Below are positions 1 through 9,289 of a DNA stretch of 64,000 bases, piece after piece. Location of the stretch: the IMG/VR virus record IMGVR_UViG_3300030104_006170; one strand, 5' to 3'. A program made the translations under genes and the position numbers. The DNA is from a virus. Its lineage: Duplodnaviria > Caudoviricetes. How positions within the stretch are numbered: position 1 is the stretch's first letter; each line of letters starts with the position of its first letter. The notes under the pieces were generated by a model, which was given only the letters and a program-made list of their open reading frames with translations, searched no databases and had not been told where the DNA came from.

Positions 1-1283
1 GCGGGTGCACCAAATGTAGCCGGCATAGTTCTTAATTTAGAAACATAATCATTAATTGTCACCCCTCTATTTTGAGCTGCAAAATTAAAAGATATATAAT
101 TTCTTATTTCATCTGGTGTCATTTGGTTTGCTCCCCCGATAGCAGCGGTAGTATTAGTCACAGCTAAACTACTTACGACAGTTTGGTTTATTTGTTGGCT
201 AGGACCACCGACCACAAAATCTATAGTACCCACCGTATTAACTGCACCAGCTCCAATATTTGCGGCTTTACCACCCCCAACTCTATATTGTATGAAAAGT
301 GTGGTATTTGCTTTAACTGAATTACCTAAAGCTATATTATTTAAAAATTTAGACATATTTAATTTAACACCTTTAGATGCAAAATTATCTAATAGGTCTT
401 GGGAGGTTTGGTTACCACTACCAAATGTTAAATGAAAAAATCCTTCCGGTGTAAATTCTGTTATAAATCTTTGTGGTACTGTTATATATTTACCGACTTT
501 AATTCCTGGCATATCAGCAGGTATAGATGGGTCTAAAACAAAAACTTCATTTTGTGCTAATGCTTCAACTTCATACCATTTATTAGAAGTAGTCGATAGG
601 AATTCACTATTTGCTGGTATAGTTTGGTATCCTAGTCCTGGTTTTTGTATTACGGATGTTACACCAATTACATTTTTTTCAGGTAAAAATATTTTATAGA
701 ACGGTTTGGAGTCCGCATCTGTAATTTCTTTTTTAAATACTTTAGTTATCCCATTAACAACGACCTCTCTCTTTACTATTGTGTAATTTTGGGTTATCCC
801 ATTTGCGTCTTTATTAGGTATTTTAGTTTGGTTGGGTACTCCTTCTGCATTGTATTGAGATGAAAAATCACAATCTTCAACCAACTCAAATACTTGACCC
901 GCACCTCTAAATTGTGAACCAGCTCTTAATCTACCCAAATATTTAAAATCTTCTTTATCACCTAATACTGGTACTATGATAGACAAATCTACAACCGTAA
1001 CAGAAGGTCTATTACCAGGTATTTTTAACCCATAAGTTTTTGCTATATTATATAAAGAACTTCTTTCTTGTGCGTATTGTAAAACTGTCTCTTGGAATGT
1101 CCTGTCTATCTGGAAGTTTAAATTGTCTGCTACCGCAGCATTAAGGTCTAAAAATACAGAATATATAGAAGCGTCATTCGCGTTTTTAATTAAATCTGGA
1201 TAGTAAGTATTAGTTAATCTTAATAACTCATTTCTTACTCCTAGAAAATCTCTTTCTGTATATGCTATTTTTTTCTCTGCCAT
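1..1283 (-). CDS. Baseplate wedge protein (T4 gp6 / baseplate J-like), truncated at window start
   Basis: Not in the ORF track. Manual translation from ATG at 1283: MAEKKIAYTERDFLGVRNELLRLTNTYYPDLIKNANDASIYSVFLDLNAAVADNLNFQIDRTFQETVLQYAQERSSLYNIAKTYGLKIPG, a typical gp6-like N-terminus; directly follows the gp25-like gene. Confidence 0.85.
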   Translation of the reverse strand, partial: MAEKKIAYTERDFLGVRNELLRLTNTYYPDLIKNANDASIYSVFLDLNAAVADNLNFQIDRTFQETVLQYAQERSSLYNIAKTYGLKIPGNRPSVTVVDLSIIVPVLGDKEDFKYLGRLRAGSQFRGAGQVFELVEDCDFSSQYNAEGVPNQTKIPNKDANGITQNYTIVKREVVVNGITKVFKKEITDADSKPFYKIFLPEKNVIGVTSVIQKPGLGYQTIPANSEFLSTTSNKWYEVEALAQNEVFVLDPSIPADMPGIKVGKYITVPQRFITEFTPEGFFHLTFGSGNQTSQDLLDNFASKGVKLNMSKFLNNIALGNSVKANTTLFIQYRVGGGKAANIGAGAVNTVGTIDFVVGGPSQQINQTVVSSLAVTNTTAAIGGANQMTPDEIRNYISFNFAAQNRGVTINDYVSKLRTMPATFGAP

Positions 1284-1284
1284 A

Positions 1285-1752
1285 CTATAAATCTATTATA
1301 ACAAAATCTTTAGTTTCAAACACACCATCTCCTGATGTGTAATCAATTCTAACTCTCATGGAGTAATTTCTTTGTGCTTCACCAACAAAACTCATATTAC
1401 CATCATCCATCGATAAATCTGTAGTTTGTTCATTTAATTTTTCTTCAGCTTTTAAATCTTCTAAAGTTTTTACCTCAACACTATTTATGGTTAATCCCGG
1501 TATATACTTATTGACCGCTTCCCTTATTTCTCTCTCAATAGATATTTTAGTGGTGGTATCCATTAATTCAAAAACATATTTATTTAAATTAGTACCAAAA
1601 TCAGGTAAAAAATACCTAGACCCTTTTGGGGTAAGTACTAAATGAATTAGGTTAGACCTCACTTCACTATCCGTATCTGTGTTTAGTCCTAAAAAAAATC
1701 CTTCTGGACTATCTACAAATGGAAATGTTATACCGTATCTTTGTGTTGGCAT
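1285..1752 (-). CDS. Baseplate wedge protein, gp25-like (GPW/gp25 family)
   Basis: LIHLVLTPKGSRYFLPDFGTNL...IREAVNKYIP matches the gp25 family pattern (L.T..GER...P.FG..L). Confidence 0.9.
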   Translation of the reverse strand: MPTQRYGITFPFVDSPEGFFLGLNTDTDSEVRSNLIHLVLTPKGSRYFLPDFGTNLNKYVFELMDTTTKISIEREIREAVNKYIPGLTINSVEVKTLEDLKAEEKLNEQTTDLSMDDGNMSFVGEAQRNYSMRVRIDYTSGDGVFETKDFVIIDL

Positions 1753-1803
1753 TTCTTTTTTATAATAAATACTTCAAAGATTGGTTTATTATAGTGTTGG
1801 TTG

Positions 1804-2010
1804 TTATGCTAATACTTTATTGTTTTGTTGATGGATTGGTTGGTATGGACAGTGTCTACAGTTGTTACCGCAACAATAGCCTCTTTTTTTGTGGTACTCT
1901 TCTGTCATCACCATTCTACCTTCTTCCCAGTAAAAATCTTTTGGTTGTAATTTAGGTTTTATAAATTCTCTATAATATAATTCTTCAATCCAGTCGTCTT
2001 TTATTTTCAT
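1804..2010 (-). CDS. Small Cys/His protein, DUF5522-like
   Basis: YYWEEGRMVMTE-like core followed by HKKRGYCCGNNCRHCPY (RG.CCG..CRHCPY signature). Confidence 0.7.
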   Translation of the reverse strand: MKIKDDWIEELYYREFIKPKLQPKDFYWEEGRMVMTEEYHKKRGYCCGNNCRHCPYQPIHQQNNKVLA

Positions 2011-2025
2011 TTTAATTTATATTAG

Positions 2026-2063
2026 ATAATAAATGGTGACTCAAAAGAATCACCATTTATTAT
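2026..2063. terminator. Intrinsic terminator hairpin downstream of the RNR gene
   Basis: 14-bp inverted repeat ATAATAAATGGTGA (2026-2039) / TCACCATTTATTAT (2050-2063). Confidence 0.7.
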
Positions 2064-2083
2064 AATTTATTTTAAATCTTAGT

Positions 2084-3988
2084 TTAACTTAATTCAACTT
2101 CTTTTTCTTTATCAAGAGATTTAACATCTACATCTATTTCACAACTTCCTCCCGCACATGCTAATTCACCAGTTAAATTTGTATTGTCATCTAATTCAAC
2201 TACCTTACTTAAATCAACATCTTTTAAAGATTTCATCATTTCATTATACTGTTCTTCAGTGATATCTTCGAATGGTGCTTGTGTATAGGTACCACCATTG
2301 TATGGTAATACTGATAGACCATTATATGATTTTCTATTTTCCCACATCCATTCTCCAGCTTTATCCCAGTCATTTTCTTTTAAACTAATTGTTGCTGACA
2401 CGTTATGTGAGTTTGAGCCGTTTCTATGTCCAGATTTTACCCACTCTGTAGCTACCTTTTTAACTCTTTCTAACAAATCAAAAGGTGACTCTGTTCTTAA
2501 AATAGAACCTTTCGGTGCTTTTTGTGGTATACTAATAACAGCTGTATCATGTGGTCTGAAGTATTCATCTTCAACTAATTCTGGGTGATTAATATTTAAA
2601 TAGGTATAAATTGCCTCATTTTTACCAACTCTAACTCTTCTAATATAATAATCATTATGCCATGCATGAATACCTGAAGATGTTCCTAATGTTAATGATG
2701 TTGTTCCTGCAGGTTTTACTGTCGTACATCTCGCTGAAGGATTTATGTCTATAAGTTTAGAAACTCTTGTATTTTCTCTTTTTACTAGACTAGCAGCTTT
2801 TTTCATGTCATATTTTAGTACTTTTCCAGAACCAATACCTGTCATTGACACACCTATAAGAGCGTCTTTTTCTGTTGTCTCTTGCCATATTTCTCTTAGA
2901 TAGTGGAAGGAAGTATATCCTGCTTGTAATGTACCTATAAATGCTGCTGCCTTAACTCTGTCATTTAAATCTTCTTGTGATTCAATATTTGAGACATTTA
3001 CTTCACATAAGTTACAGAATTGATTTGGTCTTAAAGCAATTTCACAACAAGGATTGGTTCCCCAATCTTTATCGTTGTTTAAATAAATTCCAGGTTCTCC
3101 CGCTCCAGATAATTCAACCCTTTTCCATAAATCCATAAAAAATTCTTTAGTAATTTTATGTCTCATTAAACATGCTGAATTATTTGCTCTACCTCTCTGT
3201 GGGTTTAGTTCCCACCAATTACCTGATTTACATCCAATCATAGCATCGTCATCAGCACTAAACAAACTAATAAGAGCTGCTCTACGTATTCCACCTGCCA
3301 ATACCGCGTCTGCAATATGACATACGATATCATGTACTTCAATAGTTGTAAGTTGTTCTCCATTTTCTTTTTGATTTAATAAACCTTCAATTTTCACTAA
3401 ACATTCTTTTAGTGGTTGAGGTCCTGGTGCTTTACCACCTGATGTTATTAATCTAGCTCCTTTTGGTCTAATATCAGAATAATCAAATTCTACTCTACTA
3501 CCACCACCATTCATATATGTTTTCATAAGAACTTTAATTGCGTCTGCCCATCCTTCAATACTATCACCAATTAAGAATCTTTTCTTTCTTTTTGGATATG
3601 GTTGTTGGATTACGGGTAATTTTTTTACATGGTGTTTTTGTACCGAATATCCAACACCTGTACCTCCTAGTAATAAAAACATTGTCTCACTAAAAGAGTC
3701 AATATGGTCAATAGGTACATAAGCACAGTTATAGATTCTATTAGGACTAATCTCAATAGGTTTACCACCAAATTGCATACTTCTCATTGAGGGTAAGACT
3801 TTTTTATCATAAACAAATTTGTATTTTTGTTCTATTTCTTCTTTTAAATGCGGATATTTCTTTATATGCATTTTTTTATTTCGGGTAACTAATTCATCCC
3901 ACGTTTCTCTTCTATTTAGTTCCGGAATATACTTAGCGTACTTCATGTAGACAGTAATATCCGACAGAATCTTATTTGATACTTCCAT
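2084..3988 (-). CDS. nrdJ: Class II (adenosylcobalamin-dependent) ribonucleotide reductase, monomeric RTPR type
   Basis: TNPCCEIAL...FCNLCEVN active-site motif, TVKPAGTTSL, C-terminal ACAGGSC redox cysteines; no ATP cone; no beta subunit nearby. Confidence 0.92.
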   Translation of the reverse strand: MEVSNKILSDITVYMKYAKYIPELNRRETWDELVTRNKKMHIKKYPHLKEEIEQKYKFVYDKKVLPSMRSMQFGGKPIEISPNRIYNCAYVPIDHIDSFSETMFLLLGGTGVGYSVQKHHVKKLPVIQQPYPKRKKRFLIGDSIEGWADAIKVLMKTYMNGGGSRVEFDYSDIRPKGARLITSGGKAPGPQPLKECLVKIEGLLNQKENGEQLTTIEVHDIVCHIADAVLAGGIRRAALISLFSADDDAMIGCKSGNWWELNPQRGRANNSACLMRHKITKEFFMDLWKRVELSGAGEPGIYLNNDKDWGTNPCCEIALRPNQFCNLCEVNVSNIESQEDLNDRVKAAAFIGTLQAGYTSFHYLREIWQETTEKDALIGVSMTGIGSGKVLKYDMKKAASLVKRENTRVSKLIDINPSARCTTVKPAGTTSLTLGTSSGIHAWHNDYYIRRVRVGKNEAIYTYLNINHPELVEDEYFRPHDTAVISIPQKAPKGSILRTESPFDLLERVKKVATEWVKSGHRNGSNSHNVSATISLKENDWDKAGEWMWENRKSYNGLSVLPYNGGTYTQAPFEDITEEQYNEMMKSLKDVDLSKVVELDDNTNLTGELACAGGSCEIDVDVKSLDKEKEVELS

Positions 3989-4001
3989 ATTTTACTTTTT
4001 A

Positions 4002-5381
4002 TTAATTATTTTTGTTTATTATTTGTTCTCTTCTTTGGAGAGCTCGAGCTACTCTTTCTCTATTTCTATTTGTTTTTTCTTCCTCAAAACCAAGGAATGT
4101 TTGTGTAGTTTCAGTGTCTATTTCTAAAGTTCCATTATCAAATTTACAATTTTCAAATATGACACCATCTCTTCCTAGTCTTGATTTTACAATAGCTATA
4201 GTTGCTAATCCCATTTCTTTTTGTTGTAAAGTCTTTGCGACTGAAATAATTACGTGTCCCACTTGTGCTTTCTTAATAGAACCTCCCATTTGGTCTGTGG
4301 TTACAACATCTGAAGAAATAGAACTTCTATTACCTTGTGTTGCTGTCCAACCTGCTATATTTAATTCGTGACACATGCCCTCAAATTTTCTCATAACAGA
4401 ACCTTCACCTTTCCATTCGTCATTAAATGAACGGTCTGGTAATATACAGTCAATGTAATCAATTAATACTATATCTATTTTAGTTCCTTCAGATATAATT
4501 TTTCTTACTTGATTTTTAATCTGTAACATTGTCATTTCATCCGAAGGTAATTTTTTTAATATTAATTTACCTCCAGTTTTTTTCATTTCATCTGCTTTAT
4601 CTAATACAGTTTCTTTATGATTACTTAACTCATCGTTAGGTATTCCTGTCCAACAGGTAAAATGTTTTCTTTGTATAATTTTAGGGTTATCTTCAAAAAA
4701 TATTTGTAATACATTATAACCCATATTAAATGCTGTGTTAGCAAATCTAGTTAACATAGTTGTCTTACCAACACCTGTGGGTGCTAAAACCACACCTATT
4801 TCCCCTTTAGCCAAACCACCATTTAATATATTATCTAGTCCGTCAACCCCTGTTGGTAGTGGATGTCTATAGTCATCCTCCAATAGTTTTTCTAATTCTG
4901 TAAAAATTTCAAAACTACCCATATCACCATCACCAATTTTAATAGCGTCACGTATATATTCTTCACACTTATCATAACTTTCAAAGTCACCTTTTTCCAT
5001 TATATTTTCAACTTTTCTGATAGCTTTTTTAAGTTCTTGTTGTTTACAGAACTTAATGGACTTTTCTTTGATAAATAAGTGGTCTTCAAATGAAACTTCT
5101 TTAATCTCTTTTAACATGTCAAAAATATTTTTTCTTGCCATTTCAGAAGAAATTTCTATCCTTGTTAGTTGGTCTAAAGCGTCAAATGAAGGTGCTGTTT
5201 GGTATTTCTCATAATACTCCTTAATTAATTGCATAATCAATCTGAAGTACTGGTTGTCAAAATATTTGGCGATAATCGCATCAATTATTGACTGGAAAAA
5301 AGTATTATCTGTTACTATTAGGTTAATTAATTTTAACTGAAAGTTATAACCTAAATAACCAAAATTTTTATTGTCTGTCAT
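4002..5381 (-). CDS. Replicative DNA helicase (DnaB / T4 gp41-like)
   Basis: Walker A APTGVGKT, LIDYID, WTATQGNR, KSRLG motifs. Confidence 0.92.
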   Translation of the reverse strand: MTDNKNFGYLGYNFQLKLINLIVTDNTFFQSIIDAIIAKYFDNQYFRLIMQLIKEYYEKYQTAPSFDALDQLTRIEISSEMARKNIFDMLKEIKEVSFEDHLFIKEKSIKFCKQQELKKAIRKVENIMEKGDFESYDKCEEYIRDAIKIGDGDMGSFEIFTELEKLLEDDYRHPLPTGVDGLDNILNGGLAKGEIGVVLAPTGVGKTTMLTRFANTAFNMGYNVLQIFFEDNPKIIQRKHFTCWTGIPNDELSNHKETVLDKADEMKKTGGKLILKKLPSDEMTMLQIKNQVRKIISEGTKIDIVLIDYIDCILPDRSFNDEWKGEGSVMRKFEGMCHELNIAGWTATQGNRSSISSDVVTTDQMGGSIKKAQVGHVIISVAKTLQQKEMGLATIAIVKSRLGRDGVIFENCKFDNGTLEIDTETTQTFLGFEEEKTNRNRERVARALQRREQIINKNN

Positions 5382-5410
5382 ATTTTTTTATTCTTTTAAT
5401 AAATACTAGA

Positions 5411-5860
5411 TTAGTTGACCATTAGGTCATAATCTTGGTAGTTGGTTGTAACTTTTCTTTGTGATAGTACTCCGGTCAATTCTCTTAATATATAAGATAT
5501 TTGTGGTCTTATATCTACCGTGTATCTAACTTTTGGGGGATAGATGTTGGCAGGTGTAATTGTGTCGTAAATTACCTTGTTTCCTTTTTTTATAGTTATC
5601 GTAAAATACTCATCTTCTGAACCTTCATCTAAAACATTTTCTCTGAAGTTACTTTCTAATAAATATAAAGTTTTAAGCTTTAAGTCATCCACAATATCAT
5701 TAACTACACCTTGTACAGCATAATGTAAGTCTATTGAGTTAGTTGCTCTATTGTTAAAGTTCCTAACTGAAAAGAATCTCTGACAAACTATATTATTACC
5801 TAATTTTAATACGAATTCACACTTTTGTGTATTTTCTCCTTTTTGTTTAATTTTACTCAT
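5411..5860 (-). CDS. Hypothetical protein
   Basis: 149-aa ORF translationally coupled (ATGA overlap) to the upstream exonuclease gene; no motif recognised. Confidence 0.75.
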   Translation of the reverse strand: MSKIKQKGENTQKCEFVLKLGNNIVCQRFFSVRNFNNRATNSIDLHYAVQGVVNDIVDDLKLKTLYLLESNFRENVLDEGSEDEYFTITIKKGNKVIYDTITPANIYPPKVRYTVDIRPQISYILRELTGVLSQRKVTTNYQDYDLMVN

Positions 5861-6858
5861 CTTTTTTTATTTTTATAAAAATCTTTTTCTATTCTTGTTA
5901 ATCTTAAAAATGGTCTCACAAAATCTACCCAAGAGTCATCTTTCTTTGGTAAAATATTAAGAATTCCATCTGACATCATCAAGTCCAAAGCATTTTTCCA
6001 GTGTCTTCCTTCTGGGTCTATAGCTTCTTTTGATAGGTCTTTTATTCCGTTTACGGCATCTTTAGTTAGAAATTGTTCCCCAACACCAATAATTTTATAA
6101 TTTGTTTCTAATATAGAACTATCTGGTTTTTTTTGTGTCACACCTTCTAATATATTTTTTTCTTTTTTATTTATTTTCTTTTTAGATTGTATTGTTTTTA
6201 ATATATCCTCTAGACTTACTTTTTCCTCTAAAATTTCTGGTTTTATTTTTACTAATGATTTTACCCCAACCATTTTTATCCCATATATATTATCAGAAGA
6301 ATCTCCACATATGGTTTTTACAACTCTAACATTAGATGATGGTATGTTAACACCATTTAAAGGCACTTTCTCACCATATTTAAATAATTTGTTTAAAGAA
6401 ATTATATGTACAGAAACATTTTCACCAATTAACTGTAATAAATCTCTATCTGAAGTTAATATAATAATGCTTTCTTTTTGGGTTTTTTTGATGTAGTGTG
6501 CTATACAATCATCGGCTTCACACCATTTGAAGGTTGCTTGTCGCACATAAAGTTCTTCTAGGTATTCTTGTACTCTTAACTTTTGTTTAGCGTATGATTG
6601 TAGGTCATCTTGTGGTTTGGGTTTTAACCTCCTATTTAGTTTATAATCTGGGTATAGTTCAAGTCTGGGCTTTGTATTATCTTCCCCATCCCAAAAAACG
6701 ACAATTTTAGTTAATAGATAGGTGTCTATTAGTTTTCTTAAGGTATTAAGAAAATGGTATAGACCACCTATATGGTCAGTACCATTATACATATTTTTTA
6801 TACCATGAAAACCTGTATTTAGTAAGGAATTTCCGTCAACTAATAATGTTCTTGTCAA
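5857..6858 (-). CDS. 5'-3' exonuclease / flap nuclease (T4 RNase H / PolA N-terminal-like)
   Basis: LLVDGNSLL, EADDCIA, TSDRDLLQL, GDSSDNIYGIKMVG (helix-hairpin) motifs. Confidence 0.92.
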   Translation of the reverse strand: MTRTLLVDGNSLLNTGFHGIKNMYNGTDHIGGLYHFLNTLRKLIDTYLLTKIVVFWDGEDNTKPRLELYPDYKLNRRLKPKPQDDLQSYAKQKLRVQEYLEELYVRQATFKWCEADDCIAHYIKKTQKESIIILTSDRDLLQLIGENVSVHIISLNKLFKYGEKVPLNGVNIPSSNVRVVKTICGDSSDNIYGIKMVGVKSLVKIKPEILEEKVSLEDILKTIQSKKKINKKEKNILEGVTQKKPDSSILETNYKIIGVGEQFLTKDAVNGIKDLSKEAIDPEGRHWKNALDLMMSDGILNILPKKDDSWVDFVRPFLRLTRIEKDFYKNKKR

Positions 6859-6888
6859 AACACATTCTTAAAGGGTTAAACAATTTTT

Positions 6889-7323
6889 TTACTTTACTAC
6901 TTCTAATAATTCAATTTCGAAACTCAAATCTTCACCAGCTAATGGGTGATTCATATCTAATTCTACAGTTTCCTCATTAATTTTTACTACTTGTCCTTGG
7001 ACAGGTCTACCGTTCTGGTCTTGTCCTTGGATAAATCCATTCAATTCATACTTTAGTGATTCTGGGAATTCACTTTTATTAACTGATATGATTGCCTCGT
7101 TAATATATTCACCGTAAGCTTCTTTAGCTTTAATATCTACTTTAGCGGTACCACCAACCTCTAAGTCTTTAACAGCATCATTAAAACCTTTTAGTAATTG
7201 ACCGTCATCAATTACAAACTCTAACCCTTCTCCTCTGTCTCTTGAGTTATCAAATTTAGAACCATCTTTTAGGGTACCTATATAGTGTACTTTTACTTTG
7301 TCTCCTGTTTTTATTTTAGTCAT
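6889..7323 (-). CDS. FKBP-type peptidyl-prolyl cis-trans isomerase (SlyD/SlpA-like with insert-in-flap domain)
   Basis: GDKVKVHYIGTLKDGSKFDNS...EAYG...DMNHPLAGEDLSFEIELLEV; lacks the His-rich tail. Confidence 0.92.
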   Translation of the reverse strand: MTKIKTGDKVKVHYIGTLKDGSKFDNSRDRGEGLEFVIDDGQLLKGFNDAVKDLEVGGTAKVDIKAKEAYGEYINEAIISVNKSEFPESLKYELNGFIQGQDQNGRPVQGQVVKINEETVELDMNHPLAGEDLSFEIELLEVVK

Positions 7324-8320
7324 TTTCTTTTTCTATTTTTAAATCGAAATCACCACCAACCCCTAATTGTTCAGACCAGAAGGTAGCATTTTCTTGTTTA
7401 TATTTTTCTATTGATTTCTTTTCTTCACTAGCTTCTCTTCCAGCAATGAATCCATGTGGTGTTATAAGGATTTTACCATCTTCATAACCCAAACCATTAA
7501 CATGATTTTTCATAATGGTTATTTTTGTTCTAGTAGCAAATTTTACTTTTCGTTTTTCTTTAACCGCGGTAATATTTGTTGTGCCACCATTTTTTTGGTT
7601 TCCAAATCTAAACACTAAAGTAGAATTTAACCACAAAGATTCTCCACCTTTTGCTTTAATTTTAGGTTGCCCAAATGGATTGTCTGGTAATTCCACCCAA
7701 GGTTGGTTGACGACAACTAATGTATTAGTGTATTTGGAATCTTGTCTTCTTGATTTACCGATTCTTTGGTTGAGTCCCATACCTATTTTATCCGCTAGAG
7801 TTGCTGCATTATGCATTTTTCCACCTTTACCTTCAAAAGTCATTTTACAAGGTACAGAACCAACAGAATCCCACAAAAATAATAAATCATATTCTAATTC
7901 ACCCTTATCTTGTGCGTCAAGTAGTGTATTAATATAATCTGTAATTTCTTCTATGTATTGGAAATCGTTATTAAAAAGGAAGAATCCGTCCCAATCTATT
8001 TCTCCTGTTGTTTTGTCCACAACTTCTTCACAATCAAAACCTAAAAGTTTTGCGTGTTCAAAACCCCATTTTTGTTCAGTAATAATTAAAACAGGTAGAA
8101 TTCCTTTTTTTTGTGCATCTACCGCTGCTTTTATTAAAGCAGTTGTTTTACCTGTATCCGAATGTCCTAAAAACATTTGTAAATGTCCCATCGCTGGTCC
8201 TGGTAAACCAGTAGCATCAAGGAAAGCTTTCCCTAAATCAAAAAATCTTTCTGGTTTAAAGTTAGCTTTCTTTGAGAATTTATTTTTCAAATCTGAAAAT
8301 GTTCTTTTTTTCAATGCCAT
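7316..8320 (-). CDS. RecA/UvsX-like recombinase
   Basis: Walker A GHSDTGKT, ITEQK, WDSVGS, VVVNQPW, KAKGGE motifs. Confidence 0.88.
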   Translation of the reverse strand: MALKKRTFSDLKNKFSKKANFKPERFFDLGKAFLDATGLPGPAMGHLQMFLGHSDTGKTTALIKAAVDAQKKGILPVLIITEQKWGFEHAKLLGFDCEEVVDKTTGEIDWDGFFLFNNDFQYIEEITDYINTLLDAQDKGELEYDLLFLWDSVGSVPCKMTFEGKGGKMHNAATLADKIGMGLNQRIGKSRRQDSKYTNTLVVVNQPWVELPDNPFGQPKIKAKGGESLWLNSTLVFRFGNQKNGGTTNITAVKEKRKVKFATRTKITIMKNHVNGLGYEDGKILITPHGFIAGREASEEKKSIEKYKQENATFWSEQLGVGGDFDLKIEKEND

Positions 8321-8329
8321 ATCCCCTAG

Positions 8330-9199
8330 TTAAAATGGTAAATCTTCATCTTGTGGGTCGTTTGCCTGTGGGTCTGTGGTACTACCTAATGTTGTTGTAT
8401 TAGTAGTATTTTTAGTAGCGTTTGGGTCGTCATAAACATATTTTTTAAGTTCAGAATCCCATACCGGGTCTAGTCCTTTAGAAATTGCTTCCAAGTACTC
8501 AACAGGTTTTTGTGAATACACATCTTTCCAAGTTCTTTCATCCCCTACCCACTCTTTAGATTGTGCTTCATCTGTAGATAATGGAGCTGGGTCTTCGTAC
8601 ATAACCGCAGAAACTGTAGTGTATTCCCCTCTACCTCCTGGTAAAGGTACTGATTGTAAAACTAATATAAGGTCTCTACCTTCTTTAGCGTCGGTAACAT
8701 CTCCCTTATTTCTCCAAATAGGGATGATTTTATCAATAGGCCCATCTCCTTTCCAGTTATGTTTAAATCTCCAAAACTTAACACCATCTTCTTCGTTATC
8801 TCTATCTACTACTTTAACAATGTAGAATTTTTGTGAACGATAAGAACGTGCTAATTCTTTAGATTGTGCGTCTCCTGCTAATCTTAAAGCCTCTTCAACT
8901 TCATTTAATGGACTTCTTTCACCAGATGGTCTTCCGTCTGAATTTTTTCCTGGGTCATAAAGTTTTTGCCATCTTCCTTGTACTTGTACATTATGGAAGA
9001 ATACTTCTTTAAATGGTGATGAACCGTCTGTTGTTGGTACGATTCTAATTCTTTTTTCTCCTTGTTTTGTTCCTTTTGGTAACATAATAGAAAGATATTG
9101 TTTCATTCTTTCTTCTGATGTCATTTGTGGTTTCGTGGAACCACCACTTTGTTTGTTTTTCTCGTATTGAGCTAAAACTGCATCTAAACTATTACTCAT
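8330..9199 (-). CDS. Single-stranded DNA-binding protein (T4 gp32-like)
   Basis: RIRIVP..GSSPFKEVFFH, YIVKVVDR.NEEDGVKFWRF, DVTDAKEGRDL, acidic C-terminal DEDLPF tail; next to the recombinase. Confidence 0.85.
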   Translation of the reverse strand: MSNSLDAVLAQYEKNKQSGGSTKPQMTSEERMKQYLSIMLPKGTKQGEKRIRIVPTTDGSSPFKEVFFHNVQVQGRWQKLYDPGKNSDGRPSGERSPLNEVEEALRLAGDAQSKELARSYRSQKFYIVKVVDRDNEEDGVKFWRFKHNWKGDGPIDKIIPIWRNKGDVTDAKEGRDLILVLQSVPLPGGRGEYTTVSAVMYEDPAPLSTDEAQSKEWVGDERTWKDVYSQKPVEYLEAISKGLDPVWDSELKKYVYDDPNATKNTTNTTTLGSTTDPQANDPQDEDLPF

Positions 9200-9240
9200 A
9201 AATTTTTTTTTTAAATATTATTAATTAATAAACATATGTA

Positions 9241-9272
9241 TAAATGTACACATATATTATTGTTATGTCAAA
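9241..9272 (-). promoter_or_regulatory. Bacteroidota-type housekeeping promoter for the SSB operon
   Basis: Minus strand reads TTTG (9272-9269), 20 nt, TACATTTA (9248-9241), resembling the -33/-7 consensus TTTG...TAnnTTTG. Confidence 0.6.
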
Positions 9273-9289
9273 TAAATATGGGGGAAAGT

